DNA of 46,959 nt from a virus (IMGVR_UViG_3300036803_000051:1-46959); one strand, 5' to 3'; shown: positions 8,283 through 17,778, numbered from the stretch's first letter. Notes: a model not told the origin generated them from the sequence alone. Program-made: numbers and translations.

Positions 8283-10534
8283 AGCATCCCTTCCACCGGC
8301 TGCGGCGCGCTAGCGCCCACCTGTTGCGGAGGCGGGGGAACGTCGCCGCCGGCAGGAGCCGCTGGCTGTCCAAAGGGCGCCGGACCTTGCGGAGGCGGCG
8401 GGCCTTGAGGACCCTGCGGTCCTTGCATGCCGGGGATGCCCCCATAAATCTGGGTGATGTGATTGATGGCCTGTTGCGCCGGGGACTGCTGCGGAGGCAT
8501 CAGGCTCTGCGCCAACTGGTTGGTGAGCGCGGACATCAATTGTTTAGTTCGCATCTGCGCCTGGTGATCCAGGATGTGCTTGACCATGAGGCCAATCGCC
8601 TGCACGTCGCGGTCTGGATCTTTGCGCTCGGCTTCCAGTTCCTTGGTATGCGCAACGATGTGCTGCTGGTCGTTGTCCTGCGGGTTGACTTCCACCGCAT
8701 CGCCTTCCAGCATTTCCGTCCACTCGTCTTCGGGCTGCTTCGGCTGGTCGAGGTCTGGCGGTTCCGGAATGATCGAACTGAAGTCTTCGATGCCGAACTC
8801 TTTGGCGAGCTTGTTCAGCAATACCCACAGGGCCTTCGGGTTCTGCATGATTAACGGGTTCTGCATGCAGGCGCCGTAGAACGTCACGAACTCCTGCTTT
8901 TTACGCTCGCGGGCGAAGGTGCTCACGGCGAACTTCAGGCGAAAATCGAACTTGCCGCCGAATTCCTTAGCGGTCATGAAAGAGCCGCCCTGGCGCACGT
9001 CGAACAGGCCGCCGGCCTGCTCTTCGGTCACCCGGAAGAACAATCCCGGCTCGGTCTTCGGCACGAGATCGCAATCGAGCGCCCAGAAATCCGCGATGAT
9101 TTTCTCCATGTCCTCGCGCAGAATCGTGGAGTCCAGGTAGGCGCGGACGTTGCCCTCTTCGATTAGGGCAAGCTGTCCGGTGGCCGTCTTCGGCGCATTC
9201 GGACGGTCGATATTGCGGCCGAGAGACTGGTCTGTAATCGAGTCCACGCGCTCCGCGGTGGCCAGGATGTCCTGCTGCCGCGCAACGAGGAAGTCCATGT
9301 TGGGCGCGATTTTGACTACGTTCACTGAGGCTGGGTCTTCGGTCGGAACCGCCATGCCGGCGTCAATCTTGAACTTGCCGGGGTGCATGCCGCCGCCCGG
9401 CTTGAAGAAGATGATCGGCCAAACCGAGAGTTCGCCGGCCGCCTGAAACAGCCGCGAGTTTGCCGTCGCGTCGTCTTCGAGGTCTCCCAGCAGCTTTCCG
9501 AATCCCGCGGGCCGGTACGTTCCATCCTTTATAAGGGTGGATTCCACGAATGGGCGCCGCCGACGCATTTTCGGGTACAACTCCAATAAATCCTGCACGC
9601 TGACAATCTCGCGCAGGCCGGGGATGAACTTCACCACCCAGTCGCTTTCTAGCAGGTCGCGCTGGTCAATGTCTTCGGGCGCGGCGTCGGAAGATTTCTT
9701 TGTCAGAGGCCGCCAGAAGCCGTACCACTCCCACATCCAGATGCTCCGGCCGCCCGGCATGTAGCTCTGGTAATCCACGCCTTCGGACCTTTCGCGCTCG
9801 GCGCGCACTGGGTCCTGGCCGTTCATGGTGTAGTCGTTGCTCGATCCCTGGTTGGCCCAGTCGATGAGCTTTTTGACCATTTCCGGGTCTGACGTGCCCT
9901 GGTAGAGCGTGCCGTCGCCGCGGATCAGGTCGTCCACCGTCACTCGCACGCGGCGGATCGTATATGAGAAATCGTGGATCGATGACACGCCGCGCTCCGG
10001 CGGTACCATCAGGTCGTCGGGCTCCAGCGGGAAGAATCCGGGGCCTTCGTAATCGCAGACGCGCTTTCTCTTTCCGCCTTCCAGCGTGTCGAACTCGCGG
10101 CGCCACCAGGGGCGGTATGCCGCGGACCAACCGTTCAGGATTCGCCGGAACTCGAATTCGCACAGCGGATTCAGAATTTCCATCTGGTCGAACACCCGCG
10201 AGGTCATGTACCTGCCGATCTTGCGGACCTTCGACGCATCGGACGGGCCGGTGGGCCGCGCCGTGATCTCGGCGTCTTCGCCCAGCAGGGCCTGCATATC
10301 GCGCGCCAGTTTGCCGAACACGTGCCACTGGGTGAGTGGAACCACGTGGTTGGGCTTGTCTTCGTCGCCAATTCGGGGCGCATCCACGCGGGCCTGCCAC
10401 CGCTGCATCCACTGCCGGCACTGCTCGGCATAGCGGACGTGCGAGGTTTTGCTCCACTCAAAGTCTCGCTCGATGCGGTCGATGAGCTTGGATTTCTCGC
10501 CGTCAGACAAGGCGATTTGAAAAGATTTGGGCAT
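8279..10534 (-). CDS. Portal protein
   Basis: ~751 aa following terL; TATGQLALIEEGN motif; Gln/Pro-rich tail; start at MPKSF by TAATG coupling. Confidence 0.88.
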   Translation of the reverse strand: MPKSFQIALSDGEKSKLIDRIERDFEWSKTSHVRYAEQCRQWMQRWQARVDAPRIGDEDKPNHVVPLTQWHVFGKLARDMQALLGEDAEITARPTGPSDASKVRKIGRYMTSRVFDQMEILNPLCEFEFRRILNGWSAAYRPWWRREFDTLEGGKRKRVCDYEGPGFFPLEPDDLMVPPERGVSSIHDFSYTIRRVRVTVDDLIRGDGTLYQGTSDPEMVKKLIDWANQGSSNDYTMNGQDPVRAERERSEGVDYQSYMPGGRSIWMWEWYGFWRPLTKKSSDAAPEDIDQRDLLESDWVVKFIPGLREIVSVQDLLELYPKMRRRRPFVESTLIKDGTYRPAGFGKLLGDLEDDATANSRLFQAAGELSVWPIIFFKPGGGMHPGKFKIDAGMAVPTEDPASVNVVKIAPNMDFLVARQQDILATAERVDSITDQSLGRNIDRPNAPKTATGQLALIEEGNVRAYLDSTILREDMEKIIADFWALDCDLVPKTEPGLFFRVTEEQAGGLFDVRQGGSFMTAKEFGGKFDFRLKFAVSTFARERKKQEFVTFYGACMQNPLIMQNPKALWVLLNKLAKEFGIEDFSSIIPEPPDLDQPKQPEDEWTEMLEGDAVEVNPQDNDQQHIVAHTKELEAERKDPDRDVQAIGLMVKHILDHQAQMRTKQLMSALTNQLAQSLMPPQQSPAQQAINHITQIYGGIPGMQGPQGPQGPPPPQGPAPFGQPAAPAGGDVPPPPQQVGASAPQPVEGML

Positions 10535-10680
10535 TAATCGGATTCCGAACGTTCCGCTTGCGCGCTCGCGAGGGGGCACCATTCCGCGTGGTCGCAGCCG
10601 CTAAAAATGCAGGCTTCGCAACACTTCGCCGGATCGGGCCTATAGGGATTGCTGCGGTTTCCGTCTTTGTCGCTAATCAT
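10534..10680 (-). CDS. 48-aa Cys-rich microprotein
   Basis: MISDKDGNRSNPYRPDPAKCCEACIFSGCDHAEWCPL...; translationally coupled on both sides. Confidence 0.55.
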   Translation of the reverse strand: MISDKDGNRSNPYRPDPAKCCEACIFSGCDHAEWCPLASAQAERSESD

Positions 10681-10841
10681 CCGCGAAGGTTCTCCTGCGC
10701 ATCCTTCAACACCTGATCGAGGTCAACCAGCGCAAGCTGCTTCAGGTTCTGCCACTCGATCTTGCCGCTGCCATTGCTGCGCACCGTATACGCGGCGCCG
10801 GGGAAAAAGGGACTCTCGGTTCCTGGATCTTCAGTCGTCAT
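10677..10841 (-). CDS. 54-aa hypothetical protein
   Basis: MTTEDPGTESPFFPGAAYTVRS...; overlaps the terL stop, ATGA-coupled downstream. Confidence 0.55.
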   Translation of the reverse strand: MTTEDPGTESPFFPGAAYTVRSNGSGKIEWQNLKQLALVDLDQVLKDAQENLRG

Positions 10842-12567
10842 CGTCGTCTCGTTGCGGCTGTCCGTATTTCTGCGGCTTCCATTGAGCCTGGCCGTGCTTC
10901 CGTTGCTCTTCGCGATATGCGAAAGCCCGTATCGCCTTGGGAAGTCCGACCACTGCCAGGGCTATCGAAATGACATCATCGTCATGCTTCGTGCCCTCTT
11001 CCCGGCCGTTCGGCTTGCGGACAAACTGGCGGCACTCTTTGATCGTGTCCGCGTCGTGAATCTGAATCGACTGCTCGCGGATCGCCGTATCCAACGCGCT
11101 CACGAGCACCGCTCTGCGCACCACGTCGGTCTCGTAACCCAGTTCCTGCGTCAGCGGAGGCCTGCGGTCGCTTGGCTCGCGATCGGCCGAGTAGATGAGT
11201 TCCTGCGGGTACTGCATGTCGAGCAGGTGGCCGATGACCGCCGCGCCCAGCGCCTTACGTTCCGGCGTAAGGAACGCCCACTCGTAGAACCGACCCAGCC
11301 AATAGACCCGTTCAGCCCATGGCCGCGGTTCATACCGCTCTTTCAATTTCGCGACCTGCTCGCCGGTGTTCGCGTCGATCACCGTTGCAGAGCAGTAATC
11401 CGGGTCGGATCGCCCTTCTTTCGCGGTCGGGTCGATGCCTTGCGCGTGGTCGATGCCGATCACATACCGCCCGCCTTTCTGGGGCCGCCGGTAAATCGCC
11501 AGGTCGCCGCGCGAGTTCTCCAAGAACTGGACGCGCTTTTCAATCCCCACCGAAACCACGTCCAGGTTGCCCCGGATCGGATCGGCCACCAGCGGCATTC
11601 GGGAGAGCGCCGCCATGTCGAAGATGGTCCGGCCGCTTCTGAGGAACGCTTCGCCCGCGTTGCCCGGATGCTCCTGCTGGAAACGTTCCAGCCGTCCTTC
11701 GCAGTCGGTCTCGATCTTATGCCGGCGCCAGGCGAGCTGCTCCAGCGTCAGGTTGTACCGCTGTTGCTCCTCAACCTCTGATCGCTGCAGGCTGCGCTGA
11801 AATGCGCCCCTGTCGGCATATCCCAGCATCGAGGTCGGAAGAACGTTCTCCGGATGCTCGTGGTACGCGAAGAAAACTGCCAGCCATCCCGACTTGCCGG
11901 AGGCCGCCAGTTGCCAAAGGTCGTAAAAGTCGCCGCCCTCGCCGTTGGCCGTCGTCTCGATCAGCACGCCGGTGTTGGGTGAAACCGGCACCCGCTGCAT
12001 CAGGCCGGTCATTACGCCGCCCAGGCTGCGGTAGAAAGCCGCTTCCGAAAGCTGCACCCAGTTGAACGGCGCCGAGCGGGCGATATCGATGTTGTTCGCC
12101 GTTCCGACCATGATGGAACTGCCGTTGTCCCATCGGATGTGCTGCTCGGTGTCCTTCGCCAGGTTGGGAAGAAGCACCGCCGACTGAAATTCCGCGCCGT
12201 ACGGATTGAGTCCGTAGCTCGTGATGTACTGCTCGTAATAGCCGAAAACCAGGTCCGCGTGCGCCTGAATATCGGCCAGGACCAATGCGCGCCGGCCGGG
12301 GAAAAACGGCACCCGGCGGAAAATCTGGGTGGCCACCGAAGACGACATCCACACCTGGGAGGCCTTCAGCACCACGATTCGAACCGGGACGCCCGCCTGC
12401 TCCTGCTGGCGGATCGCCTTGTTCAGCTTCCGGCCGCCAGGCGAGGTCTTGTAGGGAACCGCCAGGCCTTCCTTGTTACGGATGGTCAGGTGATTGCAGA
12501 ATTTCTCGTGGTCTGCAAACCCCCGGATCATCGCGGCGGCTTCGGCTGCGCTAAGTTCGGCTGTCAA
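10831..12567 (-). CDS. terL: Terminase large subunit
   Basis: 578 aa; VVLKASQ Walker A variant, QLSEAAF Walker B, ETTANG coupling motif, YVIGID and HDDDVISIALA nuclease motifs. Confidence 0.92.
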   Translation of the reverse strand: MTAELSAAEAAAMIRGFADHEKFCNHLTIRNKEGLAVPYKTSPGGRKLNKAIRQQEQAGVPVRIVVLKASQVWMSSSVATQIFRRVPFFPGRRALVLADIQAHADLVFGYYEQYITSYGLNPYGAEFQSAVLLPNLAKDTEQHIRWDNGSSIMVGTANNIDIARSAPFNWVQLSEAAFYRSLGGVMTGLMQRVPVSPNTGVLIETTANGEGGDFYDLWQLAASGKSGWLAVFFAYHEHPENVLPTSMLGYADRGAFQRSLQRSEVEEQQRYNLTLEQLAWRRHKIETDCEGRLERFQQEHPGNAGEAFLRSGRTIFDMAALSRMPLVADPIRGNLDVVSVGIEKRVQFLENSRGDLAIYRRPQKGGRYVIGIDHAQGIDPTAKEGRSDPDYCSATVIDANTGEQVAKLKERYEPRPWAERVYWLGRFYEWAFLTPERKALGAAVIGHLLDMQYPQELIYSADREPSDRRPPLTQELGYETDVVRRAVLVSALDTAIREQSIQIHDADTIKECRQFVRKPNGREEGTKHDDDVISIALAVVGLPKAIRAFAYREEQRKHGQAQWKPQKYGQPQRDDDDD

Positions 12568-13136
12568 TCGGCTTCCGGTTCCTGCGTCAACTGCTTGAAG
12601 GTCGCGAGGAGATCTGCCATTGAGCCCGCAAACTTCAGGTCCACGCCGCCGGTGTGCTTTACTTCGTGCCGCTCGCGGTAACGTTCCGGCTTCGCGGCTT
12701 TCAGGTAGAACTCCAACATCCGGTCGCTCTTCTTATTCACCGTGGCTGGTTCGCCGGAAAACATCACGTGCCCGTCAGCATTGAGCCGCAACGATCCGTC
12801 CTCGTGCCGCAGCGGTACGTAAGTCTGCTGCCCCTGGAAGGTCAGTGCTTCTTCGATACCATGCACTGCCCGCCGGTAAAGTTCGTCCTCGGCGTACTCG
12901 ATCTCTGCGTCCAGTTCCTGAGCTTTCTGCGCTATGCGGTCGGCCTGGAGCTTCAGTGCTTCTTCGTGGGCCTTCGCGAATTCCCTCTGATACGGCGCAT
13001 CGTCGGGGTCATCGCTTCGCATCCGCCGGTAATGCACATCCGCCCCGCATCCCGCCGCTTGCGCCGCGAGCTTGACGGAGCCGAGCTTTCTGTAAGCAAC
13101 GATGAAGGCCTTGGCTTTGTGCCCGCTGTCTCTCAT
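12564..13136 (-). CDS. terS: Terminase small subunit
   Basis: N-terminal HTH (GSVKLAAQAAG), AEDELYRRAVHG, SDRMLEFYLKAAKPERYRE; immediately upstream of terL. Confidence 0.85.
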   Translation of the reverse strand: MRDSGHKAKAFIVAYRKLGSVKLAAQAAGCGADVHYRRMRSDDPDDAPYQREFAKAHEEALKLQADRIAQKAQELDAEIEYAEDELYRRAVHGIEEALTFQGQQTYVPLRHEDGSLRLNADGHVMFSGEPATVNKKSDRMLEFYLKAAKPERYRERHEVKHTGGVDLKFAGSMADLLATFKQLTQEPEAD

Positions 13137-13402
13137 AGATCGCGGGCCGACTCCAGCAGGGTCTTCGCTACCGATACCAACCGAGTGCCCGCGCCGCGAA
13201 AGTTAAGGAGCTGCTCATGCGTGGATAGACAGAGAGGGCTCATGCCTTCTTCGGTCCCGAGAATGATGCAAAGCTCGTCATTCAGCGCCTTCGCCGCCGC
13301 CTGCATCACCGCTTTGAGCGGGAGCTTGGCGTGCCGCAAGTCTCGCTGCCTGAACTCTTCTTCCTGGGTCATTCGGTTACGCAACTGATCGAGTTGATCC
13401 AT
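13133..13402 (-). CDS. Hypothetical protein
   Basis: 89 aa, ATGA-coupled to terS. Confidence 0.55.
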   Translation of the reverse strand: MDQLDQLRNRMTQEEEFRQRDLRHAKLPLKAVMQAAAKALNDELCIILGTEEGMSPLCLSTHEQLLNFRGAGTRLVSVAKTLLESARDL

Positions 13403-13548
13403 GAGCACTGTGGATCTACCGGGCCTTGATTCCACCCTCGCTGCGGCGGGTCCATGCGGATAATCTTCCGGTCGCCCACTCGCTTAAGCAGCGTCTCTCT
13501 GGCCGCTTCCACGCTAACCTCGTCAGGGAACCGCACCCAGAAGCGCAT
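13369..13548 (-). CDS. Hypothetical protein
   Basis: 59 aa from MRFWVRFP, TGATG coupling. Confidence 0.5.
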   Translation of the reverse strand: MRFWVRFPDEVSVEAARETLLKRVGDRKIIRMDPPQRGWNQGPVDPQCSWINSISCVTE

Positions 13549-13904
13549 CAGTCCACCCACTCCCAACTGACGCTGGTGTTGTCCTGCATCCCCAGCGCCT
13601 TCCACACAAACTCTCCGAGGTCGATTCCCGCGCGATTGGTCCCTTTGCCGGAAACGCTGACGCCGCTTTCCGCCTTCGGTCTCTCCCCGCCGAACACATA
13701 AGCGTTGTCGTGCTCATTGAACGGGCCGATATCCAGGACTTGCGCGATCACGCTCTTTCCGTTTGCCGGATTCGTGACTCGCACATGCTTTCCAAGCGCA
13801 TCACGCGACGGCAGCGCCACGAACGATACGTGGGTGTCGATGCGGTAACCCGTGGCGGTCAATTCGCCTAATAGCCCTTCGCGGGTCGCTTTAACGGTGA
13901 TCAT
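13548..13904 (-). CDS. RlpA-like double-psi beta-barrel protein; candidate endolysin
   Basis: TATG...FVALPS...VRVTNPANGKSV...VLDIGP...GIDL motifs. Confidence 0.72.
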   Translation of the reverse strand: MITVKATREGLLGELTATGYRIDTHVSFVALPSRDALGKHVRVTNPANGKSVIAQVLDIGPFNEHDNAYVFGGERPKAESGVSVSGKGTNRAGIDLGEFVWKALGMQDNTSVSWEWVD

Positions 13905-14626
13905 CAGTATTTCGCCTGCGCCGGTTTATCCGGCAACCGGAAGGGCTGAGTGGTCCTGCCATTCCAGTTCGCCCCCATTGCCGCCTTCTCAGATTCCAAG
14001 TGATAGACCACGATCTCGCCCAGTAATGCCCGCTTGTTTCGCGGCCACTTTGCCGCAAACGCCGTATCTTCCCGCGCCGCCGAGGTGTGCCCTTCGACGT
14101 ATGCTTTCCGTCCGTGCCACATCTGGAAGAAGCCGATAGGCGTGTAGCCCTGGAACTGATCGAGCACCACGCGGACGCCTAACGGAAACTCGCCCATGTG
14201 CAGCCAGACCTTGTTTTCGTGCATCAATCGAGGCTGGCCGATGAATCGCACCCATTCCTCGAAGTTCGGCACCATGAAGCGATCCGCGCCGTAGAGATAG
14301 GACTTGTCGAGGTCCGTCAGTTCGATGTATTGCCGGAACAGCGGCGGCACCACGATATCGGAATCGAGATGCACCACCCAGCCGTCGCAATCGAGCGCCT
14401 TCAGGCCGACGTTGATTCCCGCGCCTTTGCAGAAGTGCCCGAGGTGCGACTCGAAGCGGTCTGTCAGCACGCAGCGGACGTTCCAGTATTCGCAAACGCG
14501 CTGAGTTTCGCGGTCGGTGTGCGCGGTGACCACAACGAGCTGATCGAACTGGTGCCGGTTATAGGGCAAGCTGTGCGCGAGGAAGTCCGCGACTCCGACA
14601 GATGTAATTACGCCTTCGATCTTCAC
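13904..14626 (-). CDS. GT-A fold (GT2-like) glycosyltransferase
   Basis: KGAGINVGL, WVVHLDSDI (DxD), GFFQMWH and ED motifs. Confidence 0.8.
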   Translation of the reverse strand: MKIEGVITSVGVADFLAHSLPYNRHQFDQLVVVTAHTDRETQRVCEYWNVRCVLTDRFESHLGHFCKGAGINVGLKALDCDGWVVHLDSDIVVPPLFRQYIELTDLDKSYLYGADRFMVPNFEEWVRFIGQPRLMHENKVWLHMGEFPLGVRVVLDQFQGYTPIGFFQMWHGRKAYVEGHTSAAREDTAFAAKWPRNKRALLGEIVVYHLESEKAAMGANWNGRTTQPFRLPDKPAQAKY

Positions 14627-14630
14627 GAAT

Positions 14631-14819
14631 TTAAAGGTCTACTTTAGGTTTTGTCCCGCCCATGGACCGTGCTAGTACCCCGAGCGCGAACATCAATATT
14701 TGCTTCGCCGCATCGGCCCTCTGCGCGCCGCCAACGAGCATGAGGCCCACCGCAACCAGCACTAAACTGATAGCGATGTAGCCCGCTTCCCGTTCGATGA
14801 ATTCGGCGAAACGATGCAT
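14631..14819 (-). CDS. Small two-TM membrane protein (holin-like)
   Basis: 62 aa with two hydrophobic segments, near the candidate endolysin. Confidence 0.55.
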   Translation of the reverse strand: MHRFAEFIEREAGYIAISLVLVAVGLMLVGGAQRADAAKQILMFALGVLARSMGGTKPKVDL

Positions 14820-14898
14820 CAGTCTTTCGGAATGCTCCTGCCGTGCGCCGCATTGCGGATCGCCTGCCAGCAGATCTTCAGCCCCGCCAGAAACAGCC

Positions 14899-15132
14899 TC
14901 ATGCGAGCCCTATAAACTTCCCGCAGCCGGGGCAATTGTTCCACTGCTGCTCCAGCTTCTGGCCGCAAGTAGGGCAAAATTGCCATTTGCTGGGATTCAT
15001 ATAGAAGGTGCCGCCGGTCATGTTGGGCGTTATGGTGATAGTGTTCGGAATGGTGTTAGTGTCCGGCATCGCGATCGAGGGGATGCCCTGGAACTGCACG
15101 CCGCCGTTATAGAAGAATTGGTCGCTTTTCAT
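14899..15132 (-). CDS. Double zinc-ribbon protein
   Basis: FCPTCG...NCPGCG; start MKSDQ by ATGA coupling. Confidence 0.65.
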   Translation of the reverse strand: MKSDQFFYNGGVQFQGIPSIAMPDTNTIPNTITITPNMTGGTFYMNPSKWQFCPTCGQKLEQQWNNCPGCGKFIGLA

Positions 15133-15299
15133 GCCTTCACCCCGCTCCAGTTCACTGCGTCCCACCGCTTGTCGATTTTCCACCGCTCCGGGTCCGGGTC
15201 CACATAGCCGACCTCATCGTTGTCCCGCTGCTTGCACTTGCCCTTGACGAGCCACACAAGCGTGCCGCGCCAGAAGTAGAGGACTGTGTCGCCTTCCAT
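15129..15299 (-). CDS. 56-aa hypothetical protein
   Basis: MEGDTVLYFWRGTLVWLVKG...; coupled to both neighbours. Confidence 0.55.
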   Translation of the reverse strand: MEGDTVLYFWRGTLVWLVKGKCKQRDNDEVGYVDPDPERWKIDKRWDAVNWSGVKA

Positions 15300-16667
15300 T
15301 TAGTTCAGCCTCCAGTGAGCCAGTCCGTAGAGCGTGAAATGCAGCCGCTCGCTCAACTCTTTGCCGCTCCACGCCTTCGGCAGATCGAAGGCGTGCGCGA
15401 ACATGCGGTCGCCTTTCACGCGGTAGGAATCGTCGCCGCTGACTTTCGCGAGCCACCAGTAAATCGGCTGCGTGAGGCCGATCAACTGCGTGGTGTACGT
15501 GCCGCACGAGTTATCGCAATGTCTCGGGTAACCGGGATTCAGCGGGAACGGATTCCACAAGATCTTTCCCGCGACGTCGTCCCAGCCATACAGCCAGATC
15601 CAGTCGGCCATTTTCTTAATCGCCGCCGGGATTCGCGGGTCCTGGTTCCACTGGTCGTAGTAGTAGGTGAGCGCCTCGCCGGCCAGACCGTCCCAGAAAA
15701 GCTGGTGGATCAGGGCGCCGCTCGCGTTCGGCGGGCCCGAAAACAGCGTCTCGGTCATCCCCAAGAGCCAGTTGAGGCTGCGGTCTCGCGCCGCCAGGTC
15801 CACAGGAAGTCCGAGGAGGTGGGCATCGGTGTACGCCCGCAACATGTACGCCGTCTCACGAATCGTCAGGTCCGCCGGATCGCCGCCGGAAGCTGCATAA
15901 GCCGATCCCGTGGTGGATAATCGAAGAACCGCGTCCTTATATTTCGGGTCCTGCGTCTCTTCAAAAGTCCGGCGCAAGCCTTGCGTAAACACGCGCCAGC
16001 CGGGGACCGAGGTGCTCATCACGTACGCTTGATAGGCCGAAGCCACGCTCAAAGCACACGCTTTCCACTTAGGATCTCCCGTATAATCAGCTATTTGCCA
16101 GTAGACCAAGGCGCCGTCGTAGTACCACACTTGCGGCTCCAGGCCCATCGACCACTGATATTTGTCGGGCGCGGCGGGGTCGCAGCGGGCCGTTCCGGGG
16201 TTGGGAGAGGCGACGTTGGCAATTTCGGCTTGCAGCGCAGCGAGCGCGGCCGCCGGCACCGGAGGCACCGCGGCTTTGACCGGACCGGCCGGCGGAAGGA
16301 TCGTGACCGGCAGCTCGAGGGAATGCTCGAGCTGGTTGGCCGTCGTCGTGACCGTGACGGTGTAGCTTCCTGGAACCGAGCCCGTGACGATGACCCAGAA
16401 TCGGCAGCTCGAGCTGGAATTGTAGATGTAAGCCGGCGAGCCCCAGCATTTCGGATTCGACATGCCGCACCAGAGCGCGGCCGTCAGCGAAGGATCGGAA
16501 GTCGTCAGCGTCGGGTGGACGTGCGACGGGCTGCTGGCAAACGCGACGTCGAGTTCGATAGTCAGCGGGTAGCCGGCGTAAACGCGGCCGGGATTCACGC
16601 GGGAACTCAGCGTGTAGTCCTGTGCCTGCAGGCAAACCGCGAAGGCCAATAGGGTGAGGAGCTTCAT
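15300..16667 (-). CDS. Secreted protein: signal peptide, Ig-like domain and alpha/alpha-toroid (glycosidase/lyase-like) domain
   Basis: MKLLTLLAFAVCLQA/Q signal; Trp/Tyr-rich helical repeats (YTGDPKW, TQDPKY, NQDPRI, SGDDSY). Confidence 0.65.
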   Translation of the reverse strand: MKLLTLLAFAVCLQAQDYTLSSRVNPGRVYAGYPLTIELDVAFASSPSHVHPTLTTSDPSLTAALWCGMSNPKCWGSPAYIYNSSSSCRFWVIVTGSVPGSYTVTVTTTANQLEHSLELPVTILPPAGPVKAAVPPVPAAALAALQAEIANVASPNPGTARCDPAAPDKYQWSMGLEPQVWYYDGALVYWQIADYTGDPKWKACALSVASAYQAYVMSTSVPGWRVFTQGLRRTFEETQDPKYKDAVLRLSTTGSAYAASGGDPADLTIRETAYMLRAYTDAHLLGLPVDLAARDRSLNWLLGMTETLFSGPPNASGALIHQLFWDGLAGEALTYYYDQWNQDPRIPAAIKKMADWIWLYGWDDVAGKILWNPFPLNPGYPRHCDNSCGTYTTQLIGLTQPIYWWLAKVSGDDSYRVKGDRMFAHAFDLPKAWSGKELSERLHFTLYGLAHWRLN

Positions 16668-16750
16668 TTACGCTTTAGGCCCGCCAGTATCAACGTCAAA
16701 ACGGCAATCAGCACGAAGCCGATGCCGAGCGTCCAAGTTTGTTCGTCCAT
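16664..16750 (-). CDS. 28-aa single-TM peptide
   Basis: MDEQTWTLGIGFVLIAVLTLILAGLKRK, coupled on both sides. Confidence 0.55.
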   Translation of the reverse strand: MDEQTWTLGIGFVLIAVLTLILAGLKRK

Positions 16751-16929
16751 TACTCAGGCCGCTTCTCCGCTTCATTGATCGAAGGCGGCCGCTGGCCCAG
16801 TGCTTCCTTGCGCGCGATGATCTGGAGATCCGCTAGGGACTGCTGGAGGCCAATGGCTGCTATCAGCACGATGGCATCAGCCGACGCGCTGCCCAACTTA
16901 TCAACCACGGTCTTGGTGTCGATGAGCAT
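16750..16929 (-). CDS. Hypothetical protein
   Basis: 59 aa from MLIDTK, TAATG coupling. Confidence 0.5.
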   Translation of the reverse strand: MLIDTKTVVDKLGSASADAIVLIAAIGLQQSLADLQIIARKEALGQRPPSINEAEKRPE

Positions 16930-17189
16930 TATTGCGCGGGAGCGGGAGCGGGGGCGTGGTTGAATACGCCGCTGGCGTTCAGGATCGACACCGCGATGTC
17001 GATGAGCGCCGAGATCAGTTGCACGTGCGCCTCGGGAACCGACTCCCCGACTTTCGCGGCGGCGGTAACTCCCGCCAGCACCAGTTGCTTCTTGGTGGCG
17101 CCGGGCAAGCTCGAGCTCGAGGCTTCCACGGATTGAACGGCGCTTGAAACAGCGGGCGCGTACTGCAGGCTTGCGAGTAGAGTTTTCAT
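16929..17189 (-). CDS. Holin-like amphipathic protein
   Basis: 86 aa; GATKKQLVL...ISALIDIAVSILNASGVF resembles LL-H-type holin C-termini. Confidence 0.5.
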   Translation of the reverse strand: MKTLLASLQYAPAVSSAVQSVEASSSSLPGATKKQLVLAGVTAAAKVGESVPEAHVQLISALIDIAVSILNASGVFNHAPAPAPAQ

Positions 17190-17389
17190 TTTGTTCTGTG
17201 GCGTCGTTTCTGCGCGGTAGACCGGTTGTTCCGCATGGCGCGGAACTGCACGCGACCCTCATAGATCCGGAAATCCATCGTGTGAACCAGCCCGCAGTCG
17301 CAGCAGGCCATCTTGTAGCCTCGCCGGATAGGCTGCTGCCATTCGCTCCAGCCGTCTTCGAGCGGATCCACTTTCTTGAAAGAGGCCAT
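17186..17389 (-). CDS. Small Cys/His metal-binding protein
   Basis: YKMACCDCGLVH motif. Confidence 0.7.
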   Translation of the reverse strand: MASFKKVDPLEDGWSEWQQPIRRGYKMACCDCGLVHTMDFRIYEGRVQFRAMRNNRSTAQKRRHRTK

Positions 17390-17647
17390 TTACTTTTTCA
17401 GAAGGATTTGGAGTAGCAAACTGCCGAGGCCGGTAGCGAGCAAGGTCATCATCCAACGCTTGAGGCTGTCTAACTGAGCGGTCTGCTTCTCGGCTTCGCG
17501 CTCGATGCGCTCGTTCTGCCGCTCGATGCGCTCATTCTGCCGCTTCTGTTCGGCTTCTATCGCCTCAAGCCGCTGCGCGTGCAGGGCCAGCAATGTGGCG
17601 TGGTCGGAGCAGAGAAAGCCTTGGGCTGCGTTGGAGGCGCCGTTCAT
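17390..17647 (-). CDS. Coiled-coil plus C-terminal TM protein (XhlA-like lysis accessory)
   Basis: CSDH, QNERIER heptads, hydrophobic C-terminus. Confidence 0.6.
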   Translation of the reverse strand: MNGASNAAQGFLCSDHATLLALHAQRLEAIEAEQKRQNERIERQNERIEREAEKQTAQLDSLKRWMMTLLATGLGSLLLQILLKK

Positions 17648-17753
17648 TTGAGTGGTGGGAAAGCGTAGGTGCGGCACCGCCCTGGGGTCGATGCCGCGCG
17701 GGTCTACGTCTCTGGCCGGAGATTGATATTCTGATTTCTGGCGCAACTCACTC

Positions 17754-17778
17754 GCCCGGTGCAATGCCGGGCTTTTTT
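17754..17778 (+). terminator. Intrinsic terminator (plus-strand polarity)
   Basis: GCCCGGT-GCAAT-GCCGGGC followed by TTTTTT. Confidence 0.7.

Noticed and set aside
17499-17543. 21-bp tandem repeat
   Set aside because: Simply encodes two QNERIER coiled-coil heptads
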